DNA of 64,000 nucleotides from Desulfuromonadales bacterium. GTDB lineage: Bacteria > Desulfobacterota > Desulfuromonadia > Desulfuromonadales > JACZKF01. The first letter of the stretch is position 1, and each line of letters begins with the position of its first letter. Positions 1-9,636 of this stretch are shown here, one piece after another. The stretch is taken from positions 30,480-94,479 of the forward strand of contig JBAYQP010000006.1 of NCBI GenBank assembly GCA_041677125.1, given 5' to 3'. Both the position numbers and the translations under genes were made by a program. The notes under the pieces are model-generated. The model ran no database searches, had not been told where the DNA came from, and was given only the letters and a program-made list of their open reading frames with translations.

Positions 1-450
1 CCCCTGGCCATGGCCGGCGGCTTTCTCGGATTGCGGCTGGTGAGCACCTTTCTGGCCTATCAGGCCCTCGATGTTTTGACCATGCTCGGCTTCATTATCC
101 TGGTCGGAACGGTGGTCAACAACGCCATCCTTATTGTCCACCAGGCCCTCAACTTCATCCGGGATGCCGGGATGGAGAGTCATGCAGCGTTGCGCGAATC
201 GGTGCGCGTCCGGGTGCGGCCGATTTTCATGTCGGTGGGGACCAGCGTCTTCGGCATGCTCCCCCTGGTTCTGTTTCCCGGCGCCGGCAGCGAGTTGTAC
301 CGCGGATTGGGGAGTGTGGTGGTCGGCGGATTGGTCGTTTCCACCCTGTTCACCCTGATTCTGGTGCCGGCCCTGTTCAGCCTCCTGCTCGATATTCGCC
401 TCAAGCTCACCGGGCGGACGGCAAAGGGTGCAAAGCAGCGGAATCGGTAA
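1..450 (+). CDS. RND (AcrB-family) efflux permease, C-terminal fragment; 5' end lies outside the window
   Basis: Frame is open to position 1. Hydrophobic TM segments show an AcrB-like C-terminal pattern (GTVVNNAILIV, RPIFMS, LILVPALFSLL). Stop at 448-450. Confidence 0.85.
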   Translation, partial: PLAMAGGFLGLRLVSTFLAYQALDVLTMLGFIILVGTVVNNAILIVHQALNFIRDAGMESHAALRESVRVRVRPIFMSVGTSVFGMLPLVLFPGAGSELYRGLGSVVVGGLVVSTLFTLILVPALFSLLLDIRLKLTGRTAKGAKQRNR

Positions 451-617
451 CCCCCTTGCGCAAAAAATCCTTCCCCGGTATACTCTCCTGTCTGTATTGA
501 AATTCGGCTGACGCTCTACATCTTTCCAGCCTTTCCTCAGAAAAATCTTGCAATTAGCCATTTCATTATTTTGACAAAATTCCTTAATTCGGGTAACGTT
601 TTTTAATTGTCATCCCC

Positions 618-1544
618 ATGTGGGCACTTTTGTCCGCCGGAAACTCGATGTCCTCTTTTCTGCTGAAACACTATCGGGTGTTTTATCTTCTGCTGCCCGT
701 ACTGCTCGGCCTGGCTCTCGGGCACCTGGCGGCAACGGCCCTCGGCATTTATCTCAGTCCACCCGCGCTGGCGCCTGGAGAAAAAGTAGAGACGCGCGCG
801 GCGGCCACGCGCCCCCCCTCTCTGCCCGAATTCCAGGTCGTTCTCGAACGCAATATCTTCGATTCCACCGCCCAGGTCGCGGGCAACCTCACCGAGGCCG
901 AAAATGCGCCGGAGGTTGTCTCGGCAGCGCCGGCCGTGCGCACCGATCTCACCCTCTTCGGCACCATCACCCGGGGCGCGGATTCTCTGGCGGTGATCAA
1001 GGCCGGGCAGAAGGTGAAAACCTACCATCTCGGCGATGAAGTCCCCGGCGGCGGCAAGATTGAAATGATCGATCGGCATTCGGTGTCTATCCGCAATCCG
1101 AATGGCTCCCTGCAGGTTCTTCCCTTATACGCCGAGAAGCAGCCGAAAGAGAGTCCGATTTCCGCCAGCGCGTCGCCTGCGGGCGGAGATAGCGCGGGCG
1201 GCGCGGAAATTCACTCGGTGGGCGAAAACCGTTGGGTGATTCCGCAGACGGTGGCGGAGCAGGCGCGGGGAAATATCGGCGAACTGCTCAAGCAGGCGCG
1301 GGTGGAGCCGAATATGATCAATGGCAAAACGGAGGGTTTTGTTGTGCGGATGATCCGGCCGCGCTCCATTCTCGCCAATCTCGGCATTCAGCGCGGGGAT
1401 ATTCTGATGCAGGTCAACGGGGTGGAACTCAATGGCCCTGAAAAAGCATTGCAGATATTTCAGCAACTGCGGGAAGCAAAGAATATTTCCATCGGCCTGC
1501 TGCGCAACGGCAACAATTTAAGCTTTGAATATGAAGTCAACTAG
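618..1544 (+). CDS. gspC: Type II secretion system protein GspC (N-terminal TM anchor, C-terminal PDZ-like domain)
   Basis: Single N-terminal TM helix and a C-terminal PDZ-like stretch (LGIQRGDILMQVNGVELNG). Lies immediately upstream of the secretin gene. An alternative start at 648 is possible. Confidence 0.75.
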   Translation: MWALLSAGNSMSSFLLKHYRVFYLLLPVLLGLALGHLAATALGIYLSPPALAPGEKVETRAAATRPPSLPEFQVVLERNIFDSTAQVAGNLTEAENAPEVVSAAPAVRTDLTLFGTITRGADSLAVIKAGQKVKTYHLGDEVPGGGKIEMIDRHSVSIRNPNGSLQVLPLYAEKQPKESPISASASPAGGDSAGGAEIHSVGENRWVIPQTVAEQARGNIGELLKQARVEPNMINGKTEGFVVRMIRPRSILANLGIQRGDILMQVNGVELNGPEKALQIFQQLREAKNISIGLLRNGNNLSFEYEVN

Positions 1545-1555
1545 GAGGATTTTCC

Positions 1556-3718
1556 GTGTTCAGATTATTTCCTGGCGTTTGCCTGCTTCTGGTCGGCCTT
1601 AGCCTGTACTGCTCCGCCCCGGCCATGGCCCAGGCTCCTGCGGCGTCTCCGACGCCAAGCGCAAAGCCCGGCATTGCGTCGCTGCAAAAGGGGGGGAAGG
1701 TTTCCCTCGACTTCAAGGAAATAGAACTGACCGATCTGATTCAGACCATCAGCGAGCTGACCGATACCAATTTTATTTACGACGACACGGTCAAGGGAAA
1801 AGCAACCATTATCTCACCCGATCCGATGAGCCTCGATCAAGCCTACAACCTGTTTCTCACCGTTCTCTCGCTCAAAGGCTATACGGTGGTTCCTTCCGGC
1901 AAGGTCAACAAGATCGTTCCGATTCGCGATGCCAAAGAGAGCAATTTACCGACGATTATCGAAGCGAGACGACTGCCGCCGGAGCAATTCATCACCCGCC
2001 TGGTGGCCCTGAAGAATGTCGAAGCGGCGGCGGTGGCCTCGACGATCGCCCCACTGGTGCCGAAAACCAGCAGCGTCGTCGCTTATCCCCCGTCAAACAC
2101 CCTTATTCTCACCGATAATGCGGCCAACATCGAACGCCTGGTGACCATCATCGAGGCTCTCGATATCTCCGATGGCCTCGACCTGCTTGAAATCATTCCC
2201 CTGCAATATGGCGACGCCCAGGAATTGGCGACCCTGCTCGGGCAGATTCTCGCCCAGGCGCCGCAAACGACGGTTCGCCGGCGAACCACCCGCAGCACGG
2301 CGCAGGTTGCCGGTGCGGCAACGGACGGGAGCAAAATCATTCCGTATCCCCGCACCAACAGCCTGGTGGTTCTGGCCACGGCCGAGGACATGGAGACGAT
2401 CCGGCGGTTGGTGACCGAGCTGGACAGCCAGCCCACCGAGGCCCATGCCGGCATTTACGTCTATTATCTGGAAAACGCCGATGCCGAGACCTTGGCCACC
2501 ACCCTCAATCAGATCGTTACCGGCGTCCAGGCGCAACCCCGCGCTGCCCGGGCCGGCCAACCCGCTCAGGCGGCGCAGGCGGGACTGCCGGGGCAGGCGG
2601 TCCAGGCGCTCGGCGCGGTGGCCATCACCGCCGACAAGGCGACCAACGCCCTGATCGTCAACTCCACTCCCGACGACTATGAGGTTCTCAAGGGGATCAT
2701 TGCCCAACTCGATGTGAAGCGAAAGCAGGTTTTCGTCGAGGCGTTGATTCTCGAACTGTCGATGGATGCCACCAAACAGCTGGGCGCTTCCCTGCAGGGG
2801 GCGTTGGGGATAGGCGATGAAAGCGTCATTCTCGGCACCAGCAACCTGAACCAGACCCAGGCCGGACTGCCCAGTTTATTGCCGTCCGGCACGGGGACCG
2901 ATGGCTCCGCCGTACCCAGCCTGCTTGGCCAGACGCTGCAAGGGGTTCTTCTCGGCGGCATCTTCAATCTCATCGAAGTCGAAGGACCGGGCGGCACGAC
3001 CATGACCGTTCCAGCCCTTTCGGCCCTGATCGATATCTCCAAAGGCACGTCGGACGTCAACATCCTTTCCGCGCCCCGCCTGCTCACCTCCGATAACGAG
3101 GAGGCCGAAATCATCGTCGGCCAGAACGTACCGATCATCACCCAGCGCCTCACCGATACCGGCGCCTCCACGGGCCTGGCGCAGAGCGTGTCCGTCGAGC
3201 GCCAGGATGTCGCCCTGACCCTGCGCTTCACGCCGCAGATCACCGAGGGGAATCTGGTGCGGCTGAACGTTCTGCAGGAGATCACCGATATTGCCGCGTC
3301 CGCCGTCGGCGATGTCAATCAGGTGGGACCGACCCTGACCAAGCGCCTGATCCGCAACACGGTGCTGGCGGAAAACGGACGCACCATCGTGCTCGGCGGC
3401 CTGATTTCCAACAATCGGCAGGAAAATATTTCGAAGGTGCCGCTGCTCGGCGACATCCCCGGGCTCGGCTGGTTGTTCAAGCACAAAAGCACGACCGAGC
3501 GCAAAGTCAACCTGCTGGTCTTCATTACACCGCGGATCATTCGCACCCCCCTCGATATGGCCATGGTGACCGACCGCAGCCGAGTGGCGATGGAACAATT
3601 TCAAGCGGGAACCACCCCGAGCCTGGAGACCTCCGAAATCCTGGAGGATCTTCCCGAACCCCTGGAAATCGAACCGGCGGCGCCGGAAACGCAAGAAGCG
3701 CCCCTCCCCCAATATTGA
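1556..3718 (+). CDS. gspD: Type II secretion system secretin GspD
   Basis: GTG start and a signal peptide (..CSAPAMAQA). Repeated N-domains and a secretin C-domain motif (VPLLGDIPGLGWLFKHK...NLLVFITPRII). Confidence 0.95.
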   Translation: MFRLFPGVCLLLVGLSLYCSAPAMAQAPAASPTPSAKPGIASLQKGGKVSLDFKEIELTDLIQTISELTDTNFIYDDTVKGKATIISPDPMSLDQAYNLFLTVLSLKGYTVVPSGKVNKIVPIRDAKESNLPTIIEARRLPPEQFITRLVALKNVEAAAVASTIAPLVPKTSSVVAYPPSNTLILTDNAANIERLVTIIEALDISDGLDLLEIIPLQYGDAQELATLLGQILAQAPQTTVRRRTTRSTAQVAGAATDGSKIIPYPRTNSLVVLATAEDMETIRRLVTELDSQPTEAHAGIYVYYLENADAETLATTLNQIVTGVQAQPRAARAGQPAQAAQAGLPGQAVQALGAVAITADKATNALIVNSTPDDYEVLKGIIAQLDVKRKQVFVEALILELSMDATKQLGASLQGALGIGDESVILGTSNLNQTQAGLPSLLPSGTGTDGSAVPSLLGQTLQGVLLGGIFNLIEVEGPGGTTMTVPALSALIDISKGTSDVNILSAPRLLTSDNEEAEIIVGQNVPIITQRLTDTGASTGLAQSVSVERQDVALTLRFTPQITEGNLVRLNVLQEITDIAASAVGDVNQVGPTLTKRLIRNTVLAENGRTIVLGGLISNNRQENISKVPLLGDIPGLGWLFKHKSTTERKVNLLVFITPRIIRTPLDMAMVTDRSRVAMEQFQAGTTPSLETSEILEDLPEPLEIEPAAPETQEAPLPQY

Positions 3719-3736
3719 ACTGGAGACGCAGTACGC

Positions 3737-5431
3737 ATGAGCTGGAAACCCCTCGGGGAAATCCTGGTTGAAGATTTTGGGCTGACTGAGGCGAAATTCG
3801 CCGAGGCGCTGCAGAATCAGGAAACCACCGGTCGGGCGCTGGGCGATATTCTGCTCGGCATGAAGGCGATCAAACCCGATGTCCTGGGGCGGGCGCTGGC
3901 CGCGCAGCAGGGCGTCCCCTATCTCGACTCCCTCGCCGGACGATTCGCCAACGAAGAATTACTCGATCTGGTGCCGATCTCCTTTGCCAAGGAATACCGC
4001 ATTTTTCCGATGGAACGAAAAGACGGCCGACTGCGGGTTGCGGTCGCCGATCCGCTCGATACCCGGCCGCTCAACGATCTGGCCACCCTCACCCGTGAAT
4101 TCATCGAAGTGGCGGTAGCCGACCCGGAGGAGATCCTGCGCGCCATCAATCGCAGCTACGAGGAGCGCGCCGGCGCGACGCAGGAAACGATCGAGGATAT
4201 CGAAACCGGCGGCGATCCGCTGGCCGCCGGCCTGGAACCGGCCGACCTGATCGACGCCGCCGACGAGGCGCCGATCATCCGCTTCGTCAACAGCCTGATC
4301 ACCCAGGCGTACAAGCAGCGGGCCAGCGATATTCATATCGAGCCCTTCGAAGCCGAACTTATCGCCCGCTACCGCATCGACGGGCTTCTGTATGAGGTGA
4401 TGCGTCCGCCGGCCAAAGCGCAGGCGAGCATCACCAGCCGCATCAAGATCATGGCCAACCTGAACATCGCCGAAAAACGCCTGCCGCAGGACGGCCGCTT
4501 TCGCGTGCGCATTGCCGGCAAGGATGTCGATGTGCGCGTCTCCACCCTCCCCACCGCCTTCGGCGAACGGGTGGTTATGCGTCTGCTCGACAAAACCTCC
4601 AACGTCCTCAGCCTGGAGGATATCGGCATGGGCCCCGGCATGCTCGGGCCGGTGCAGCAGATGATTCAGAAGAGCCACGGCATCTTTCTCGTCACCGGCC
4701 CCACCGGCTCGGGAAAAACCACCACCCTGTATGCCGCCCTTACCCGCCTGAACAGCCGGGACAAGAACATCATCACCGTCGAGGATCCCATCGAATACCA
4801 GCTCCCCGGCGTCGGCCAGATTCAGGTCAATGCGAAGATCAATCTGACCTTTGCCGCCGGCCTGCGTTCCATCCTGCGCCAGGATCCCGATATCATCATG
4901 GTCGGCGAGATCCGCGACGGGGAAACCGCCGAGATTGCCGTGCAGTCCGCGCTCACCGGGCACATGGTCTTCTCCACCCTGCATACCAACGACGCCGCCG
5001 GCGCCCTCACCCGTCTGGTGGAGATGGGGGTGGAGCCGTTTTTGGCCGCCTCCTCCATCGTCGGCATTCTCGCCCAGCGCCTGGTGCGCCGCATCTGCCC
5101 GAACTGCCGGGAGGCGTATCAACCGGGCGCCGAGATGCTGCGCGAGATGGGTCTGGCCGGCGCCGTGCCCGTCGACGCCAACTTCTATCGCGGCGTCGGT
5201 TGCACCCAGTGCCTGGACATCGGTTACCGCGGCCGCAGCGGCATCTACGAACTGCTCCCCGTCGACGAGCAGGTGCGCGATCTGCTGCTGCAGAACAAGG
5301 ATTCGGCCAGCATCAAGGCGGCGGCGATAAAAAAAGGGATGAAGACGTTGCGCGACGCCGGACTGGCGATGGCCCTGGCCGGCGAAACCTCCATCGAAGA
5401 AGTCCTGCGGGTGACGCAGGAGGAGATCTGA
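3737..5431 (+). CDS. gspE: Type II secretion ATPase GspE
   Basis: Walker A GPTGSGKTT, Asp/His boxes, and a tetracysteine CPNC...CTQC motif typical of GspE/PilB ATPases. Confidence 0.95.
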   Translation: MSWKPLGEILVEDFGLTEAKFAEALQNQETTGRALGDILLGMKAIKPDVLGRALAAQQGVPYLDSLAGRFANEELLDLVPISFAKEYRIFPMERKDGRLRVAVADPLDTRPLNDLATLTREFIEVAVADPEEILRAINRSYEERAGATQETIEDIETGGDPLAAGLEPADLIDAADEAPIIRFVNSLITQAYKQRASDIHIEPFEAELIARYRIDGLLYEVMRPPAKAQASITSRIKIMANLNIAEKRLPQDGRFRVRIAGKDVDVRVSTLPTAFGERVVMRLLDKTSNVLSLEDIGMGPGMLGPVQQMIQKSHGIFLVTGPTGSGKTTTLYAALTRLNSRDKNIITVEDPIEYQLPGVGQIQVNAKINLTFAAGLRSILRQDPDIIMVGEIRDGETAEIAVQSALTGHMVFSTLHTNDAAGALTRLVEMGVEPFLAASSIVGILAQRLVRRICPNCREAYQPGAEMLREMGLAGAVPVDANFYRGVGCTQCLDIGYRGRSGIYELLPVDEQVRDLLLQNKDSASIKAAAIKKGMKTLRDAGLAMALAGETSIEEVLRVTQEEI

Positions 5432-5432
5432 G

Positions 5433-6650
5433 TTGGCGCTCTTTGCTTATTCCGGATTCAATGCCGCCGGAAAGAAAATCGCCGGCACGGTGGAGGCGAG
5501 CGGCCGCCGCGCCGTTGTGCAAAAGCTGCGCAGCCAAGGCATCTATCCCACCACCGTGCAGGAAGAAAGCGCCGCCGTCCCTGCGCCGGGCTTTTCGCGC
5601 CTGCGGCTGGCGCGCCGAGTGCCGGTCACCGAACTGGCCGCCGCCACCCGGCAGTTGGGCACCTTGCTCGGCGCCGGCCTGCCCCTCGACGAGGCGCTGG
5701 CGACCATCGGCAGCCAGTTGGAAAACGAGGCGCTGGCCCGCGCCTTCAACGGCGTGCGCGAAGAGGTGGTTCAGGGAGAGTCGCTGTACAATGCGCTGTC
5801 TCGCCACCCGCGCATCTTCCCGGTCCTGTATGTCAACATGGTGCAGGTGGGGGAGAACAGCGGCACCCTGGATCAGGTGTTGCAGCGGCTCACCGATTTT
5901 CTCGAAGGGCAGGCCCGAATGCGCAGCCGCATCCGGGCGGCCATGGCCTATCCGCTGCTGATGGGTTTGATCGGTGTCTGCGTCCTGTTCTTCCTGCTTA
6001 CGTTCGTTGTGCCGAAAGTCGTTCGCATGCTCGAGGACATGGGCCAGACGCTGCCGCTGCCGACGCTGCTGCTGATTCGCACCAGCGATTTTCTCAGCAC
6101 CTGGTGGTGGCTGCTGCTCATGCTGGTCCCGCTGGTTATTCTCGGCTACCGCTGGTACGCCCGGACCGAGGCGGGTCGCCTCAGGCTCGACCGGGTGGCG
6201 CTCTCCATGCCCCTTTTCGGCCGTCTCAATCTGCTGCTTTCCACCGCCCGTTTCACCCGCACCCTGGCGACCCTGCAGCACAGCGGCGTGCCGCTGCTGA
6301 AGTCACTGGAAATCGTGCGCAACCTGATGCAGAATCAAGTGCTGCAACAGGTGTTGGATGATACGGCGGTGGCGGTGCGCGAAGGGGAAGGTCTGGCCGC
6401 CCCCATCCGCCGGTCCGGCGTTTTCCCGCCGATGGTGGCGCAGATGGCCGCCGTCGGCGAACGCAGCGGCGAGTTGGAGGATATGCTCTTCCGGGTGGCG
6501 GACGCCTACGAACACCAGGTGGACCTGACCATCACCGGCATGCTCTCGCTGCTGGAACCGTTCATGATCCTGTTCATGGGGGGAATCGTCGGCTTCATCG
6601 TTCTTTCCATTCTGCTGCCGATCTTTCAGGCCAGTCAGGGGATGGGGTGA
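5433..6650 (+). CDS. gspF: Type II secretion inner-membrane platform protein GspF
   Basis: TTG start 2 nt after the gspE stop. Duplicated GspF-type domain architecture with three TM segments. Confidence 0.93.
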   Translation: MALFAYSGFNAAGKKIAGTVEASGRRAVVQKLRSQGIYPTTVQEESAAVPAPGFSRLRLARRVPVTELAAATRQLGTLLGAGLPLDEALATIGSQLENEALARAFNGVREEVVQGESLYNALSRHPRIFPVLYVNMVQVGENSGTLDQVLQRLTDFLEGQARMRSRIRAAMAYPLLMGLIGVCVLFFLLTFVVPKVVRMLEDMGQTLPLPTLLLIRTSDFLSTWWWLLLMLVPLVILGYRWYARTEAGRLRLDRVALSMPLFGRLNLLLSTARFTRTLATLQHSGVPLLKSLEIVRNLMQNQVLQQVLDDTAVAVREGEGLAAPIRRSGVFPPMVAQMAAVGERSGELEDMLFRVADAYEHQVDLTITGMLSLLEPFMILFMGGIVGFIVLSILLPIFQASQGMG

Positions 6651-6741
6651 AGCAGCTGTCGGCTATCGACTGGCAGCGCCAGAAAAAACGTAGACCCGGC
6701 TTCAAGCTGATCGCTGTAACTTTTTTTCAAAGGAGTGAGAA

Positions 6742-7191
6742 ATGAAAGGAAGAAAACTTTGCCGCCTGCGCTCGGAGCGAGGCTTCACCCTCATCGAACT
6801 GATGGTGGTTGTTGTGATTCTCGGCATTCTGGCCGCCGTGGTCGTCCCGCGCGTGCTTGATCGGCCCGAGGAGGCCAAACGCACCAAGGCCGCCGTCGAT
6901 ATTCGCGGCATCGAAGAGGCGCTCGGCATGTACAAGCTCGACAACGGAACCTACCCTTCCACGGAGCAGGGGCTGGAGGCGCTGGTGCAGAAACCGGAGA
7001 TCGGCCGAATCCCGAAACGCTACCGGGACGGCGGTTATCTGAAGCGTCTGCCGCTCGACCCCTGGGGCACCGCTTATGCTTATTTGTCCCCCGGCAGCCA
7101 GGGTGACGTGGATATCACCTCTTTCGGTGCCGACGGTGAACCGGGCGGCGATGGCAACGATGCGGATATCAATAACTGGGAGATCCAGTAA
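6742..7191 (+). CDS. gspG: Major pseudopilin GspG
   Basis: Prepilin leader plus G/FTLIELMVVV motif, and conserved GspG C-terminal region (DPWG..Y.Y..PG..G..D..S.GADG). AGGAG-like RBS upstream. Confidence 0.93.
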   Translation: MKGRKLCRLRSERGFTLIELMVVVVILGILAAVVVPRVLDRPEEAKRTKAAVDIRGIEEALGMYKLDNGTYPSTEQGLEALVQKPEIGRIPKRYRDGGYLKRLPLDPWGTAYAYLSPGSQGDVDITSFGADGEPGGDGNDADINNWEIQ

Positions 7192-7687
7192 TAGCGGTTT
7201 CACCCTGATCGAACTGGCGGTCGTTGTTGCCCTGCTCGCCCTGTTTTCGGCGCTGGTCGTGCCGATGCTCACCGGCATCGGCGAAAACGGCCTGGATGCG
7301 TCGGCCCGGCGCCTCGCCGGAACGGTAAAATACCTGTACAACGAATCCGCCCTTTCCGGACGCCCCTACCGGCTGGTTTTCAATCTGGACGAGTCGACCT
7401 TTAGCGCCAAACGCCTGGAAGTCGATGGTGAACTGGTTGAAGTGGACGGCACCGGCCGGACGCAGCGACTGAAGGATGGAGTTCGCTTCCGCGATGTCAC
7501 CATAACCGGTCGCGGGCAATTCTCCTCCGGCGAGGTGATCGCCGACATCCATCCGGTGGGCTGGATGGAAGAGGCGGTGATCCATCTCGATGCCGGCGCC
7601 GACAAGGTGCTGACCCTGCGATTGATGCCTTTCACCGGCGCCACGGAGATTTACGAGGGGTACCGGGAGTTCGAAACACAGCGATGA
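7160..7687 (+). CDS. gspH: Minor pseudopilin GspH
   Basis: MRISITGRSSNSG/FTLIELAVV prepilin motif. The start was chosen at an ATG inside the gspG 3' end (32-nt overlap); ATG 7151 is an alternative. The track ORF start at 7076 was rejected. Confidence 0.7.
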   Translation: MRISITGRSSNSGFTLIELAVVVALLALFSALVVPMLTGIGENGLDASARRLAGTVKYLYNESALSGRPYRLVFNLDESTFSAKRLEVDGELVEVDGTGRTQRLKDGVRFRDVTITGRGQFSSGEVIADIHPVGWMEEAVIHLDAGADKVLTLRLMPFTGATEIYEGYREFETQR

Positions 7688-8094
7688 AAAGAGGCTTAAA
7701 AGCCAAAGACCATAGAATGTCGGGCCGCGATCGGGGCTTCACCCTGCTGGAAGTGATGATCGCCCTGGCCATCATCGCCATCTCCCTGGTGACTCTCCTT
7801 GGCCTGAGCAATCGCAGCATCGCGGTGAACCTGCGGCTGCAGATGATTACCCAGGCCACCTTGCTCGCCCAGCAGCGGATAGCGGAAATCGAGTTGCAGG
7901 CGTCCGCGCCCGGCTTCGCGTTCAGCACCGAGGAAGGCGAGTTTGCCGAGCCCTTTGAAAACTACACCTGGGAGGTCGCCTATCAGGATAGTCCCCTGCC
8001 CTATCTGCAGATCGTAACGGTTACCGTCGTCTGGGGGGACAAGGCGAAGAACGAAGCGGTCGATCTCTCCTCCTTCGTTTTCCGGCGGACATGA
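7684..8094 (+). CDS. gspI: Minor pseudopilin GspI
   Basis: RG/FTLLEVMIALAI prepilin motif, size about 135 aa, ATGA overlap with the gspH stop. Confidence 0.8.
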   Translation: MKRGLKAKDHRMSGRDRGFTLLEVMIALAIIAISLVTLLGLSNRSIAVNLRLQMITQATLLAQQRIAEIELQASAPGFAFSTEEGEFAEPFENYTWEVAYQDSPLPYLQIVTVTVVWGDKAKNEAVDLSSFVFRRT

Positions 8095-8717
8095 TGCGAC
8101 GGCAAGAGCACGGCTTCACCTTGCTGGAACTGCTGGTGGCGATGACCATCACCGCCATTTTGCTGAGCACCATCTACGGGGTTTTCTCCTCCGTCAGTCG
8201 GGCCAAGGAACGGGTGGAGAGCGGCGGCGAAGGGTATCATCAGGCGCGGGTGCTGTTTGACCGGATCGGGCGCGAACTGCGCGGCGCCTATGTCCTTTCC
8301 GGGCGGCCGAAAACGCGCCTGGCCGGCGGCCTCAACGAGGAGCAGTTGCCTTTTCTCGAACTTTCGACCACCGCCACCACCCCTTTTGGCGGCCACCGGG
8401 GCGGCATCGCCATCGTTCGCTACGACCTGCGCGCCGACCCGGAAGCCGAACGCAATCAGGAAGGGGTAATCCCCCGGGTGCTGATGCGCCGCGAATACAA
8501 CCTGTTCGACCCCGAAGGCGAACAGCGGCCCGGATACCGGTTGGCGACGGGACTGGGCGAAATGACCTTTCGCTTTTACAAAGATGGCGATTGGCGGGAA
8601 GAATGGCTGAGCGGTCGCGACGGTTCGCCGCAGATGGTCGAGGTCACCCTGAGCATTTCCGTCGATGGCCAGCCGGTGCCGTTTCGCTCCACCTTCGAGG
8701 TCCCCATCATTCAATGA
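8091..8717 (+). CDS. gspJ: Minor pseudopilin GspJ
   Basis: HG/FTLLELLVAMTI prepilin motif, ATGA overlap with gspI, size about 208 aa. Confidence 0.8.
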   Translation: MMRRQEHGFTLLELLVAMTITAILLSTIYGVFSSVSRAKERVESGGEGYHQARVLFDRIGRELRGAYVLSGRPKTRLAGGLNEEQLPFLELSTTATTPFGGHRGGIAIVRYDLRADPEAERNQEGVIPRVLMRREYNLFDPEGEQRPGYRLATGLGEMTFRFYKDGDWREEWLSGRDGSPQMVEVTLSISVDGQPVPFRSTFEVPIIQ

Positions 8718-9631
8718 AGACGGTGAAAAACGAAAAAGGGATGGTGCTCCTGCTGGTCCTGGTGGTCGTTGCTCTGCTGACTTCGCTGATCACCGAGTTC
8801 GCCTTCTCGACCCATGTCGATCTGCGGCTGACGGAAACCTTTCGCGATCGCACCCGCGCCTGGTATCTGGCCAAAGGGGGAATCCAGGCCGGCCGCATGA
8901 TTCTGCAGGACGACCGCAACGGCTACGACCATCCCAGCGAGTTCTGGGGGATCGGCGTACCCAGCTACGCGGTGGGCGAGGAAGGGGTGGTGTCGATTTC
9001 CCTCATCGACCTGGATGCGAGGATGAACCTCAACCGGATCGTCAGTGCCGGCAGGCAGAACCCGAACGTCCCCATCTACGACAGCTTTATCCGCCTTTTC
9101 GACAACCTCGGGCTGGACAATCCAAACGCCCTGGCCGATGCCCTGGTCGACTGGATCGATGTGGACGACAGCCCGCGCGACGAGGGCGCCGAATCCAATG
9201 ATTACCAGCGGCTCGAGCAACCCTATGCGGCGAAAAACGATTATTTGGACAGTCTGGACGAACTGGCTTTGATCCAGGGATTCACCCCAGAGGTCATCCG
9301 CCAGATCGCACCATTTGTGAGTGTTTTCGGTGGGGAGGCAGTCAACATCAACACCGCACCGGCCGAGGTTCTCATGGCCATGGATGCCCTCGAATTGATC
9401 GGCCGCGCCCAGGCGGAGGAGATCATCGGTCACCGGGCGGATAAGCCTTTTGAACAGGCCACGGAGTTGAACTCCATCTCCGGGCTGGGAAACGTACTGC
9501 GCACTTATTTCACCGTCAAAAGCACCGCCTTTCAGATCAACTCCGAAGGATGGGTGAACGACGGCGTCCGGCGGGTCACCGCCGTCGTCGACAGCGACGG
9601 CAGGAATATCCACTACATGAAAGTCGATTGA
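8714..9631 (+). CDS. gspK: Minor pseudopilin GspK
   Basis: Start reassigned to ATG 8714 (ATGA overlap with the gspJ stop). N-terminal hydrophobic helix MVLLLVLVVVALL and the GspK-typical INTAPAEVL helix-hairpin-helix region. Confidence 0.85.
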   Translation: MKTVKNEKGMVLLLVLVVVALLTSLITEFAFSTHVDLRLTETFRDRTRAWYLAKGGIQAGRMILQDDRNGYDHPSEFWGIGVPSYAVGEEGVVSISLIDLDARMNLNRIVSAGRQNPNVPIYDSFIRLFDNLGLDNPNALADALVDWIDVDDSPRDEGAESNDYQRLEQPYAAKNDYLDSLDELALIQGFTPEVIRQIAPFVSVFGGEAVNINTAPAEVLMAMDALELIGRAQAEEIIGHRADKPFEQATELNSISGLGNVLRTYFTVKSTAFQINSEGWVNDGVRRVTAVVDSDGRNIHYMKVD

Positions 9632-9636
9632 TCCAT